From Bdellovibrionota bacterium (GTDB taxonomy: Bacteria > Bdellovibrionota_C > UBA2361 > JBIKWN01), in contig JBIKWN010000006.1 of assembly GCA_044356295.1 (NCBI GenBank), positions 7,134 to 71,133 on the forward strand: DNA of 64,000 bases, read 5' to 3'. Position numbers and translations under genes: made by a program. Positions 1 to 9,604 of this stretch are shown one piece after another. The notes under the pieces were generated by a model that was given only the letters and a program-made list of their open reading frames with translations, was not told where the DNA came from and made no database searches. Each line of letters opens with the position of its first letter. Within the stretch, counting starts at the first letter, position 1.

Positions 1-470
1 AGTTCAAAACCTATTCTAGGACGGAGCTCCCACCTATCAATGCGACTCGATCTATACTGCCTTTCAAACCTCATACGGTACGTATAGGTTAACCATTCAT
101 TCTGTTTAATACGACCAGTATGATCCAATAGTAATCGTTGTTGTTGTTCGACATCTCCTATTTTTTGTGACCTATTAAGATCTATCCATGTAGCAGTAAA
201 TCTATATTCTGGATAAAATTCATAGCCAAGATATCCACCTTGTCTCTCATCAAACAAAGTCCCACGCTCTCGTCCGATCCTGCTAACATTTATATATCCA
301 TAGTTAAAATTGGAACCGTATTGAGGTAATCCGATTAAAGTCTCTGTCCAGATTTGGCTATCTGTATTTCGCGTCTGGCTAGATGCTGAAGTGATATAGA
401 TAAAGAAGATCAATGCTATACATAAAAATCTATTGATGAATAAATTGAAATTGGAGTTTTGGTGCCGCAC
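1..470 (-). CDS. Hypothetical secreted protein, N-terminal part only (gene runs off the window start)
   Basis: The minus-strand frame is open from position 1 up to an in-frame stop at about 473. The likely start is GTG at 470, giving (M)RHQNSNFNLFINRFLCIALIFFIYITSASSQT, which looks like a signal peptide. This ORF is not in the supplied track because it has no stop inside the window. Confidence 0.4.
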   Translation of the reverse strand, partial: MRHQNSNFNLFINRFLCIALIFFIYITSASSQTRNTDSQIWTETLIGLPQYGSNFNYGYINVSRIGRERGTLFDERQGGYLGYEFYPEYRFTATWIDLNRSQKIGDVEQQQRLLLDHTGRIKQNEWLTYTYRMRFERQYRSSRIDRWELRPRIGFE

Positions 471-552
471 CTCCAAACTCTATAGGAAACAACACATCTA
501 TGTCCAATGCGGGATGATAAAGAACAATAATAGAATTATTTTCGTGTGGGGA

Positions 553-1155
553 CTAAGATGCGCTTACAGCAAGAACAACAGCAGCATTCTCTTCATCACT
601 TTCAACCCCTGCAACCATAGTCTCACCTTTCGCAAAGTTCATACGGGTATCAAGTAATGTTGAACCATTTAAATCCGACCAACGAAGCCACAACGTAACA
701 TTCTGGTCAGTCATATCAACGGCTCGTAAACAAAGTTTTTGTCCATTAGAGAGTCTTACTGAACTTTTCGCACGAAGCTCAATTGTATCTGACTCTTCCG
801 AGATTAATCGAAAATTTTGGAACGGCAGCAACTGAAGTTTTGAGCGAATATCTTCAAGACGCTGATCAAATAATGCGTCTTCACTACGAATTTCACCTTC
901 GTTTAAAGGCACCTGTGCATAAACGGCACGAATTGAGATCTGAATCTGTGGTGCTGCATTTTCAGGAGCTTCTGTCTCTGGAGAGGTTGATTGAAAAAGT
1001 GTTTGAGGATTAGGATTAACACTAACTTTAGACTGTAAGGATGCAGGATAGATAGATGTAGTGAGAGGATCCGCATCAACACGTTGTACAAAAGGACAAG
1101 CAAAAAGAAACGTAGCAATCAAACAAGACTGAGTAACGGTTACAACGTAGTTCAT
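553..1155 (-). CDS. Hypothetical exported protein
   Basis: 200-aa ORF with a hydrophobic N-terminus (CLIATFLFACPF). I recognise no conserved motif. Confidence 0.45.
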   Translation of the reverse strand: MNYVVTVTQSCLIATFLFACPFVQRVDADPLTTSIYPASLQSKVSVNPNPQTLFQSTSPETEAPENAAPQIQISIRAVYAQVPLNEGEIRSEDALFDQRLEDIRSKLQLLPFQNFRLISEESDTIELRAKSSVRLSNGQKLCLRAVDMTDQNVTLWLRWSDLNGSTLLDTRMNFAKGETMVAGVESDEENAAVVLAVSAS

Positions 1156-1157
1156 AT

Positions 1158-1787
1158 TTAACGATCCTTCATTACTATTCCGTGAGTATTTCTCTCAAGA
1201 ATAGGCATTGTAGTTAAACGTGATGATTTACGCTTTACATAAATTACAGGGGCACTTCCTTGTTCGCTTGGCATAACAGTCACTCGACGACCATTATTAC
1301 TGCGCATCCAATCGACCTCCATAGCCGTTGGAATTCGATTCACACTTGATCCAAAAGATATAAGAGATGAACCTTGGGGATTAAACTTTACGAAAGAACT
1401 TGTTTTTTCATGAGGAACAATCATAAAAAGTAACAATGCCATCACTGCGCCAGAGATTCCGTATTTCGCAAATGAAGGGATAACATCAAGAATTGAATGA
1501 AGTCCAACGCGCCCACGATTCCTTCTGCCACCAGATAACAATAAAGATTTATCCTCTTGGTGCAGCCTAGAACTAATACGAGACCATAAAGCGACCGGAG
1601 CAAAATCAAAATTTTCTCTTAAGATTCTTCTGGTAGATTCAAGAGATTCAAGATAGGTAATCGCTGACCGACTTTTTTCAACAAGGCGATAAACACGGTA
1701 TCGTTCAAAAAAATTACACTCTTCATCAAAATACTTCGAAAGAAGCATCTCTTCTTTTTCTGAAAGCGTTTTCTGGTTTTTATCCAT
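1158..1787 (-). CDS. Putative membrane-spanning anti-sigma factor partnered with the upstream ECF sigma factor
   Basis: Sits immediately downstream of the ECF sigma gene on the same strand. The ATG at 1787 overlaps the sigma stop by about 8 nt. Has a single TM helix (ISGAVMALLLFMIV). The track ORF extends to 1907 but then overlaps the sigma gene by 128 bp, so the internal start is preferred. Confidence 0.5.
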   Translation of the reverse strand: MDKNQKTLSEKEEMLLSKYFDEECNFFERYRVYRLVEKSRSAITYLESLESTRRILRENFDFAPVALWSRISSRLHQEDKSLLLSGGRRNRGRVGLHSILDVIPSFAKYGISGAVMALLLFMIVPHEKTSSFVKFNPQGSSLISFGSSVNRIPTAMEVDWMRSNNGRRVTVMPSEQGSAPVIYVKRKSSRLTTMPILERNTHGIVMKDR

Positions 1788-2433
1788 ACACTGCCTGCTT
1801 AACATTCGATTTCTCATTACTAAAATTTTTCTCTGGTATCTGAATACCAACTTCATGCGAATCCGGGCGAATCTCTTGGAGAGCCACTTGAAGCTTTTTC
1901 CTTGCATAGTGAAGTCGACTCATCACAGTTCCAAGAGTGGAGCCTGTCACTTTTGCAATCTCTTCATAACTTAAGCCATCTATCTCACGGAGCACAATAA
2001 CGGCACGATGTTCTTCTGTTAGCTGTGCAAGGGCAACATTAATTAACCTTGATTGCTCTTTTCGATACATCTGATCAGAAGGAGTTTCAGCTTCAGGAAC
2101 TGAAGCAGTCACCTTACCCTGTTCAATATCGGTCAGTTCATGTTTATCGCCTCCACGTCTGGCAGCTCTTCTTTTCCAATCAATCGCAAGGTTAAAAGAT
2201 ATACGATACAACCACGTATAAAATGAGGACTGTCCACGAAAACTTCCAAGTGATGAATATGCTTTCACAAAACTTTCTTGAACAATATCTTCAGCATCTT
2301 CTCGTGATCGTATTATTTGAGCGACAAGTCGCAACATCTTACTCTGGTATCTTTCAACCAAAACTCTAAAAGCCTCACGGTCTCCCTGAGAACTTTCTCG
2401 GATTAAATCCTGCTCGTCGTTAAATGCATTCAT
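1780..2433 (-). CDS. ECF (sigma-24/RpoE-like) RNA polymerase sigma factor
   Basis: Sigma-70 region 2 (IVQESFVKAY, FYTWLYRISFNLAIDW) and region 4 (LREIDGLSYEEIAKVTGSTLGTVMSRLHYARKKL) motifs. 217 aa. Confidence 0.85.
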   Translation of the reverse strand: MNAFNDEQDLIRESSQGDREAFRVLVERYQSKMLRLVAQIIRSREDAEDIVQESFVKAYSSLGSFRGQSSFYTWLYRISFNLAIDWKRRAARRGGDKHELTDIEQGKVTASVPEAETPSDQMYRKEQSRLINVALAQLTEEHRAVIVLREIDGLSYEEIAKVTGSTLGTVMSRLHYARKKLQVALQEIRPDSHEVGIQIPEKNFSNEKSNVKQAVYG

Positions 2434-2532
2434 CGTTAACTTTTGAATCTGACGTATAATTATACAGTAATATTCGATAATACTTTGATTTGTTGATAAG
2501 CATTGTAAGACACTAGAATTATTGACTAAATA

Positions 2533-3429
2533 TCACCCCTTAATGCCCCTATCTTTGCAAAATACTTCATATGCCTTCTGAATATCAAGAAATCGCTCAT
2601 TGGAAGCCTTAAGCATATGAGAGGGAATATCCTTCGGAAGAACATCTGGATGATACTGTCGAACGAGCTGTCGATATTTCCTTTTTATCGAAGACGTTGA
2701 ATCAGAGGCATCGACTCCAAGGGCTAATGCCCAGGCAAGATCTGAAAGAGGTTTATGTCTTGATTGATTAGACTTATTATTTTCGCTTTTTTTGTAATTT
2801 TCTTGTCGTTGTTTCGATTGTTGATCATATTTTGCTTTTTCAGATTCTCTTTGATTCTGTTCTGCATTTTGATGGAACTCTTTTTCTTTCTCTTGCTGCG
2901 TAGGGGCACCTTCGATCTTAGTTTTCCAATTATGATGGCGCGCTGTTAACCGAGAAATAGTTCTAGGAGAGAGCTGAAAAATAATCGCTGCTTCTGATAA
3001 TAATATCTGTTCAGACTTTGTAAGAATATTATCAACATACGCCATAGAGAGAAGCACATCAAAAGCATTTTCAATAAGGGCACGTTGATTTTTGAATCGT
3101 AAAAAAAATTCTTTCGCCAAATCGCTAAATGATTTTCGAGAGTGCTGTACATGAAATAAAACTTTGCGGGCAGACTTTTTCTGAGCAGACGTCAAGGAAA
3201 AATGTGTCTCTAATAGATCTAGAAAAAGTTTTAGTTCAGGTTGGCTAATTGCACCATCAACAGCAGCCATTTTAGCTGTCATCGAAATTATTCCATTAAA
3301 GAACCTTCTTCCCTGGAATGGGCGAAGCCTCAGTGATAGCACTGACCAAAAAGGCCAATCAACACTATCAAGCTTAGTGACTTCTTGTGGATCAAGTTTT
3401 TTGTTTTTCTTTCGAAACAGTCGAAGCAT
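2533..3429 (-). CDS. DjlA-like co-chaperone: TerB-like N-domain, charged linker and C-terminal J-domain
   Basis: C-terminal J-domain with HPD (SIKRKYRQLVRQYHPDVLP). The central Q/E/K-rich low-complexity linker explains the antisense junk ORFs here. Confidence 0.65.
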   Translation of the reverse strand: MLRLFRKKNKKLDPQEVTKLDSVDWPFWSVLSLRLRPFQGRRFFNGIISMTAKMAAVDGAISQPELKLFLDLLETHFSLTSAQKKSARKVLFHVQHSRKSFSDLAKEFFLRFKNQRALIENAFDVLLSMAYVDNILTKSEQILLSEAAIIFQLSPRTISRLTARHHNWKTKIEGAPTQQEKEKEFHQNAEQNQRESEKAKYDQQSKQRQENYKKSENNKSNQSRHKPLSDLAWALALGVDASDSTSSIKRKYRQLVRQYHPDVLPKDIPSHMLKASNERFLDIQKAYEVFCKDRGIKG

Positions 3430-3432
3430 ACA

Positions 3433-6165
3433 TTAATGTGCTTGACCCCAATTCTGCCCGACACCTACTTCAGCTTTTAACGGCACAAGAAATGTCACAA
3501 CATGCTCCATTTCTTTTTGAATCCTTACTTTCATAAGTTCCGCATGTTCTTTTGGTGCTTCGAAAACGAGCTCATCATGAACTTGAGAAATCATTGTTAA
3601 TGGAAGATTTTCTTCTCGGATAGCTTTATCAATAGAAATCATTGCAAGCTTTACTATATCTGCAGCAGTACCTTGAATTGGGGCATTCACAGCAATTCGA
3701 TTTTGAAACCCTTTGTCTCGTTCAGAAAATTCTGAAGGTTGTATAAATCTTTTACGCCCAAAAACAGTAGTAACACACCCAAGGGTAGCGGCATCGGATT
3801 CAAGTTTAGCGAACAACTTCTTTACACCAGGATACTGATTGAAATAATTTTGGATATACATCTCTGCTTCACGCATGGAAACTGAGAGCTCTTTCGATAA
3901 ACGAAATGCACCCATCCCATAAATAATTCCAAAATTAAGTGTTTTTCCGACCCGTCGTTGTTCAGTGGTAACATCAAAAAGCGGAGGAACTGCAAAGATT
4001 TCTCGGGCTGTTTTCGTATGAATATCAATACCCTGATGAAAAGCATCGATTAAATTTTTATCTTCACTCATATGAGCCAGCACTCTAAGCTCAATCTGTG
4101 AATAGTCAGCAGATAAGATGACAGAGCCAGGTTCTGCGATAAACGCCTGTCTAATCTTTGCGCCTTCTGTGGTTTGAATCGGAATATTTTGAAGGTTTGG
4201 ATCAGATGAAGAAAGACGTCCTGTGGCAGTTACGGTTTGATTAAACTTTGAATGAATTCGATCTGTTTTTTTATTAATAGATGTTGGCAGTGAATCAACA
4301 TAGGTGCTTTTTAATTTAAAAAGGGTTCTATGTCTTAAGATCTCTTTAGGAACTTCATGACGTTCCGCTAAAATTTCAAGGACACTAGCATCAGTTGAAA
4401 ATCCAGTTTTTGTCTTCTTTACACCTTTGGTAGATATCCCAAGTTTTGTAAATAAAACTTCGCCGAGCTGTTTTGGAGAATTAAAATTAAACTCTTCTCC
4501 GACCATTGCAATAATTCGCTCGCGAACTAATTCTAATTCAGCAGTTATTTCTTCACTCATCCCTGCGAGGAATTTTTCATCAACTTTTACTCCGGCTAAC
4601 TCCATTCTAGAAAGGACTGGCACTAGCGGCATTTCGATTGTTTTGAAAACATTTGTAAGCTCTTTTTCTTCCAGTAGCGGGAAAAGCACTTTATAAAGAT
4701 CATATGCAACGAGGGCATCCTCAGCAGAATACTCTGCTGCCGCTTCTATAGGGACAGCTTGGAATCCTTCCTCTACATTTTGCAGAGATTCATATTCAAT
4801 AACACCACGTGAAAGGTACTCAGCAGCAAGCGCTGTCATACCAAATCCATTTTTATCTGGATTTAAAAGATACGCTGCAACCATTGTGCAAAAAAGATTA
4901 CCTTCTACTTGTACACCCTGAGCTGCGAGAATACTTAGATCAAATTTAAGATTTTGTCCTATCTTCAAAGAAGTTTTATCGGAAAATACAGGGTTTATCT
5001 CTTTTTTAAAAAGTTCCCACGGAATCTGTTCTGATACTTTTTCACCATTGGTATGTGAAAAAGGAATGTAGAAGTTAGAATCACCTCCAAATGAGAAAGA
5101 CATACCAACAACGTCTGCACAGTGCGGATCAAGAGAAGTTGTTTCAATGTCGAACGCAAATTCCTTCTGTGAAGCTATTGAAGTAAGAAAAGAATTTAAA
5201 TCATTTTTATAGATTGTTTTATATAAAGATGAGCTTATCGTTGATGCAGGCTTTTCATATTTCAGAGAAAGCTCTTTTAAAAGAGAGGTAAACTCAAGTT
5301 TCGAAAAAAGAGTTTCTACTGCATCTTTGTCAGGACTTTTTCTTGCACAAAAAATTAAAAGCTCTTCATCTGATTTATCTCGAAGATCAATTGGAGCGTC
5401 GGTAAGTATCTCAACTAGTTTTTTACAGAGGCGCAGAGTTTCTTTATTTTCTGAAATATTCTCAGCAAGTTTCTCTCTACTTCGAATTGTTTTATCAACT
5501 TTAATCTGATCTACTGCAGCAATAATTGACTCGATCGAGCCGTACTGTTGAACAAGTTGAGTCGCAGTTTTAGGACCCACTCCGCTCAGTCCTGGTATAT
5601 TATCTGACGTGTCACCCATAAGGGAAAGGACATCGACAACTTGGGAAGGAGGCACACCAAACTTTTCAATAACGCCTTCCGCTCCAAACTTTTTATCCTT
5701 CATCGTATCCCAGATTGATACGTTATCATTAACTAACTGACAGATATCTTTATCACCAGTAATTATACAGACAGGATGTCCAAGCTCAGAAAATCTTTTT
5801 GAAAGTGTTCCAATAATATCATCAGCTTCAAATCCAGGAAGCTCAAGCACTGGCAATCCTAATACGGATGACAGTTCACGAAAAACTGGCATCTGTGGAA
5901 CCAATTCAGGGGGACACTCTGCTCGGTTTGCTTTATAAGCTTCATAAAGATCATTTCGAAATGTTTTTTTCCCTGCATCGAAAATCATAACGACATGTAC
6001 AGAATCTGAAAGCTTTAAAAGCTTTCCAAGCATTCGGGTAAATCCGTAAAGGGCGTTAGTCGGAAAGCCTTCCTTTGTAGATAAAGGAGCTACGGCATAA
6101 AAGGCTCTAAAAATGTAGCCACTGCCGTCAATGAGGTAAATCTTTTCTTTTTGGTTCTCGGTCAT
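3433..6165 (-). CDS. polA: DNA polymerase I
   Basis: 910 aa. 5'-3' exonuclease N-domain (LIDGSGYIFRAFYA), a 3'-5' exo domain and the polymerase motifs (DYSQIELR, QVHDELVFE). Confidence 0.95.
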   Translation of the reverse strand: MTENQKEKIYLIDGSGYIFRAFYAVAPLSTKEGFPTNALYGFTRMLGKLLKLSDSVHVVMIFDAGKKTFRNDLYEAYKANRAECPPELVPQMPVFRELSSVLGLPVLELPGFEADDIIGTLSKRFSELGHPVCIITGDKDICQLVNDNVSIWDTMKDKKFGAEGVIEKFGVPPSQVVDVLSLMGDTSDNIPGLSGVGPKTATQLVQQYGSIESIIAAVDQIKVDKTIRSREKLAENISENKETLRLCKKLVEILTDAPIDLRDKSDEELLIFCARKSPDKDAVETLFSKLEFTSLLKELSLKYEKPASTISSSLYKTIYKNDLNSFLTSIASQKEFAFDIETTSLDPHCADVVGMSFSFGGDSNFYIPFSHTNGEKVSEQIPWELFKKEINPVFSDKTSLKIGQNLKFDLSILAAQGVQVEGNLFCTMVAAYLLNPDKNGFGMTALAAEYLSRGVIEYESLQNVEEGFQAVPIEAAAEYSAEDALVAYDLYKVLFPLLEEKELTNVFKTIEMPLVPVLSRMELAGVKVDEKFLAGMSEEITAELELVRERIIAMVGEEFNFNSPKQLGEVLFTKLGISTKGVKKTKTGFSTDASVLEILAERHEVPKEILRHRTLFKLKSTYVDSLPTSINKKTDRIHSKFNQTVTATGRLSSSDPNLQNIPIQTTEGAKIRQAFIAEPGSVILSADYSQIELRVLAHMSEDKNLIDAFHQGIDIHTKTAREIFAVPPLFDVTTEQRRVGKTLNFGIIYGMGAFRLSKELSVSMREAEMYIQNYFNQYPGVKKLFAKLESDAATLGCVTTVFGRKRFIQPSEFSERDKGFQNRIAVNAPIQGTAADIVKLAMISIDKAIREENLPLTMISQVHDELVFEAPKEHAELMKVRIQKEMEHVVTFLVPLKAEVGVGQNWGQAH

Positions 6166-6371
6166 CGGGGTGATAGTACCAAGAAACGGTAAAAGGTTGC
6201 CAGAGCCTGTACGGCTAAATATAGCTCATATACAACTAAATAGGTTCCCTAAGCTCAGGGGCATCTTACTATCATTTTAAAAAATACTTTTCCTCTCTAA
6301 GAAAATATAGTTCAATACTATTGAAGTATTGAATAATAATACTTACATACTCGTCAAAGAACACACTCGTT

Positions 6372-6701
6372 ATGCCAAGAAAGTTTATACATCCTAAAAG
6401 CAAAGATTTCTCACTGGATGGAATCTTACATGCACTTTCTGACCCTTTTCGCAGGATAATCGTTCAAAATCTTTTAAAAGCAAAAGGTGTGAGTTGTAAT
6501 AAAAGCTGTGATTCACTTCCTGCCTCTACGCTCTCATTCCATTTTGGCATTCTTCGAGAATCTGGATTGGTATTATCCGAGAAAAAAGGAGTGAGTCTTG
6601 TAAATACACTCCGAAAAAAAGAAATAGATAAGAAATTCCCCGGACTTATCGAAACAATTTTACGTCATCACGAAACAAAAACTAAACCTAAAAGGAAATA
6701 A
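6372..6701 (+). CDS. ArsR/SmtB-family HTH transcriptional regulator
   Basis: ALSDPFRRIIVQNL ... LSFHFGILRESGLV fits the ArsR helix-turn-helix pattern. Lies 4 bp upstream of the flavin oxidoreductase gene, so likely an operon. Confidence 0.65.
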   Translation: MPRKFIHPKSKDFSLDGILHALSDPFRRIIVQNLLKAKGVSCNKSCDSLPASTLSFHFGILRESGLVLSEKKGVSLVNTLRKKEIDKKFPGLIETILRHHETKTKPKRK

Positions 6702-6705
6702 TTCT

Positions 6706-7782
6706 ATGAAACTGTTTGAACCATTTATGCTTGGAACTCTTCCATTAAACAACCACCTGATCATGGCGCCGCTCACTAGAAGCAGAGCATCCGCCGACGG
6801 CATTCATTCAGATATTGCTGTTACCTACTACACGCAACGTGCAAGTGCGGGGCTTATTATCTCTGAAGCAACAGCAGTCTCGAAACAAGGATCAGGCTAT
6901 CCACATATTCCTGGAATCTGGAACGATGCTCAAGAAAAAGCATGGTCAAAAATTACCTCTGCGGTTCACCAAGAAAACGGAAAGATATTTATTCAACTTT
7001 TTCATACTGGACGCATTGGGCATTCCTCGCTTTTAGCTGAACAACCTGTATCTGCAAGCGACAAAACTCCAGAAGGTGAAATAATGGCTTCAGATTTTTC
7101 AATGAAAAAATATGAAACACCTCGAGCCCTTCCAATAAATGAAATTCCAACCATTGTTGCTCAATTTAAAAACGCAGCAGTTCATGCAAAAAATGCAGGA
7201 TTTGATGGTATTGAAATCCATGGTGCTAATGGATATTTGATTGATCAATTCCTACGTGATGGATCAAACAGCAGGACAGATGATTACGGTGGGTCAATTG
7301 AAAACAGAGCAAGACTTCTAACAGAAATCATAACAGCAGTTATAGATGTTTGGGGCCCACAAAAAGTTGGTGTCCGCCTCTCGCCACATAACGCTTTTAA
7401 TTCAATGTCAGATTCAGATCCAGTGACTACATTTGTTGAAGTATCAAAAATTCTTAATCAATTTCCATTAGCGTATCTGCACCTGATGGAACCAATTGGC
7501 GAGCACCCTTTTGCGGCTCAAAAAGGATCAGTTCGTGTTACCAACCGAATTCGTGAAGTATATAAAAGCATCCTGATGGTTAATGGTGGAATCAACAAAG
7601 AGATCGGCGAAGAGTTTTTACAAGAAGGAAAAGCTGATCTGATCTGTATGGGTGTTCCGTTTATTGCGAATCCAGATTTAGTGACTCGTTTAAAAAACAA
7701 CCTGCCCCTTGCTGCGCCTAAGTATGAACTTTTTTATTCTGGTGGCGAAAAAGGCTATATTGATTATCCGAATGCGGGATGA
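6706..7782 (+). CDS. NADH:flavin oxidoreductase of the Old Yellow Enzyme / alkene reductase family
   Basis: OYE motifs: MAPLTRSRA, HGANGYLIDQFL, and a C-terminal GGYTDYP-like GYIDYP. Confidence 0.9.
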   Translation: MKLFEPFMLGTLPLNNHLIMAPLTRSRASADGIHSDIAVTYYTQRASAGLIISEATAVSKQGSGYPHIPGIWNDAQEKAWSKITSAVHQENGKIFIQLFHTGRIGHSSLLAEQPVSASDKTPEGEIMASDFSMKKYETPRALPINEIPTIVAQFKNAAVHAKNAGFDGIEIHGANGYLIDQFLRDGSNSRTDDYGGSIENRARLLTEIITAVIDVWGPQKVGVRLSPHNAFNSMSDSDPVTTFVEVSKILNQFPLAYLHLMEPIGEHPFAAQKGSVRVTNRIREVYKSILMVNGGINKEIGEEFLQEGKADLICMGVPFIANPDLVTRLKNNLPLAAPKYELFYSGGEKGYIDYPNAG

Positions 7783-7809
7783 CGTTGTGGATGAAAAGTT
7801 TACGCCCAA

Positions 7810-7942
7810 GGCCCCAATGTCATTAAGTTACGGATTTTCACCCGTGACCTTGACCGTAGGCGTGAGCGTGACCTGTTCTTTTTCGTTCACGCCTACGCTC
7901 ACGGTCACGGGGATCATGTGCTTAACTTAATGACATTGGCCC
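7810..7942. repeat. Palindromic intergenic element, copy 1 (MITE/REP-like)
   Basis: Terminal inverted repeats ccaatgtcattaagtta / taacttaatgacattgg flank an internal palindrome ccgtgaccttgaccgtaggcgtgagcgtgac // gtcacgctcacgcctacggtcacgg. A second copy lies at 22242-22377. Confidence 0.7.
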
Positions 7943-8040
7943 AAAGCCCTGCTAAGTAAGACAAAAGACCTCTAAGGGCGTAAATTTTTTCGATGTTTTT
8001 TGTTCTACGCGAGTCTGTGCAAAAATGATATAATCCCATT

Positions 8041-8271
8041 ATGACTCGCGATGCAAAACAACTTCTAGATGCAGCACTTGGATTATCTGAGCAAGATAGA
8101 GCTACTATTGCATCTTCACTCATTGAGAGCTTAGAACAACCCAGCGATATAGATGTCGAAGAAGCCTGGCAGGAGGAAGTAACAAAACGATTAAATGACA
8201 TTCAATCTGGTAACATAAAGCCAATCTCTTGGCTTGATGCTCGTAAAGCAATTACAGATACAATCAAATAA
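8041..8271 (+). CDS. Putative addiction-module antitoxin component (small alpha-helical protein with LSEQDRA motif)
   Basis: 76 aa. LLDAALGLSEQDRATIASSLIESL resembles the 'putative addiction module component' family usually paired with RelE/ParE toxins. A RelE/ParE-like ORF follows 6 bp downstream. Confidence 0.6.
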   Translation: MTRDAKQLLDAALGLSEQDRATIASSLIESLEQPSDIDVEEAWQEEVTKRLNDIQSGNIKPISWLDARKAITDTIK

Positions 8272-8276
8272 TAGCA

Positions 8277-8465
8277 ATGGAAGTATTTCTCCATCCTGAA
8301 GCGCTTAATGAAGCTCGGGCAGCGTTTCTGTGGTATTCCACTCGCAGATTTTTATTTCGGCGATTTCCTTTCAGCTTAATCTACTTTATTCAAGAAACAA
8401 GCATTCTTGTTGTAGCGGTTGCACACGGTCGTCGTAAACCAGGTTACTGGAATAATCGAAAATAA
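8277..8465 (+). pseudogene. RelE/ParE-family toxin remnant with an internal deletion
   Basis: The C-terminus RFPFSLIYFIQETSILVVAVAHGRRKPGYW matches the RelE/ParE core (RFPYSIIYRV...VLAVAHQRRRPGYW). The protein is only 62 aa against about 95 for the family. The N-terminal HPEA...AAFLWY is fused directly to RRFPFS, so roughly 30 aa are missing. Confidence 0.5.
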
Positions 8466-8588
8466 TTTCTAATGAACAACTATTACTTGGGCTGATTTCT
8501 CAAATAAATGCTAACGATAACCCCTTTTGATAATTACCCCTAAAAATGATAAAAATCACACCTGATTTAAAAATAATTAGGCTAATCT

Positions 8589-9146
8589 ATGAAAGCTAAA
8601 GACGTAAGAAAAGGAACTGTCCTTCTTTATAACAGCGCTCCGTATAAAGTTCTTGAATACAAACACATCACCCCTGGTAAAGGGAACGCGAAGTGTTGGT
8701 TCAAAATGAGAAACTTAATTAATGGACTCCAATCAGAGAACTCAGTGATGTCTGTTGAAGACTTAGAAACTGCTGATGTCTACAATTATAAAGCTACATA
8801 TCTTTATAATGATGCTGATGGATATCACTTCATGGGGATTGATAACTTTGAAGAAGTAGTTCTTACAGCTGATGCACTCGGTGATCATGTGTACTACCTT
8901 CAAGATCAGATGCAAGTTGATGTGACAACTTTTAATGAGCAACCAATTGGTATCAATATCCCTTCAACCGTTGTTCTCACCGTTGTTGAAACTGAGCCTG
9001 AAGTTAAAGGTGGAACAGTTACAAGCTCTGGAAAACCTGCAAAACTTGATACAGGTCTTACTGTTACGGTTCCAGCTTTTGTTAAAGAAGGTGATCGTAT
9101 CACTGTTAATACTGAGGAAGGCACTTACTTAGGACGGAGTGACTAA
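8589..9146 (+). CDS. efp: Elongation factor P
   Basis: 185 aa. KAKDVRKGTVLLYNSAPYKVLEYKHITPGKGNA covers the N-terminal KOW region including the lysine site. Confidence 0.95.
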   Translation: MKAKDVRKGTVLLYNSAPYKVLEYKHITPGKGNAKCWFKMRNLINGLQSENSVMSVEDLETADVYNYKATYLYNDADGYHFMGIDNFEEVVLTADALGDHVYYLQDQMQVDVTTFNEQPIGINIPSTVVLTVVETEPEVKGGTVTSSGKPAKLDTGLTVTVPAFVKEGDRITVNTEEGTYLGRSD

Positions 9147-9165
9147 TACATAACGCCGGCACTTC

Positions 9166-9604
9166 ATGAATAAAGGAAGATTAGAAGCACTTAGTGACGG
9201 CGTCATCGCAATCATGCTCACTATTATGGTGCTTGGTGCCCATTGGCTCAGAACTTTTCAGTCCTGAAACCCCTACTTCCAGTTTCCTCAGTTACATCTT
9301 AAGTTTTGTATTTATTGGAATTTACTGGAATAACCATCACCATATGCTTCAAGCTATTAAGCATGTCAATGGAAGTGTCCTGTGGGCGAACCTGCACCTT
9401 CTTTTTTGGTTATCGTTAGTACCATTTGTAACAGGATGGATGGGAGCAAATAATTTTGCTGCTGGACCACTTGCTCTGTACGGTATCGTTTTATGGTTTG
9501 CTGGTGTTGCCTATTTTATTCTTTCTCGAGCTCTTATAACTTTACACGGAAGAGAATCAACACTAGGCACAGCACTTGGCAACGACTTTAAAGGTAAACT
9601 TTAG
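9166..9604 (+). pseudogene. TMEM175/DUF1211-like membrane protein (putative K+ channel family) disrupted by a frameshift
   Basis: ATG at 9166 encodes MNKGRLEALSDGVIAIMLTIMVL, the RxxxFSDGVxAIxxTL signature. That frame hits a stop at 9265. The remainder of the family signature (SFVFIGIYWNNHHHML...LLFWLSLVPF) continues in another frame as the track ORF 9194..9604. Confidence 0.6.

Noticed and set aside
2434-2532. ECF-type autoregulated promoter upstream of the sigma factor
   Set aside because: Looked for GGAAC-N16-TC-type -35/-10. Only a sigma-70-like TATAAT was visible. This is not convincing enough to annotate.
3822-5509. Short ORFs inside or antisense to polA (3822..4046, 4427..4696, 5327..5509), and likewise inside kup, hppA, gltA, efp, DjlA, EEP and metalloprotease genes
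   Set aside because: All are fully nested in long, well-supported coding regions on the other strand or frame. Their compositions are low-complexity.
7709-8201. Track ORFs 7709..7930 (+) and 7914..8201 (-)
   Set aside because: They run through the palindromic repeat element. The reading frames are artefacts of the GTGAC/CGTGAG-rich palindrome (…VTLTVGVSVT…).
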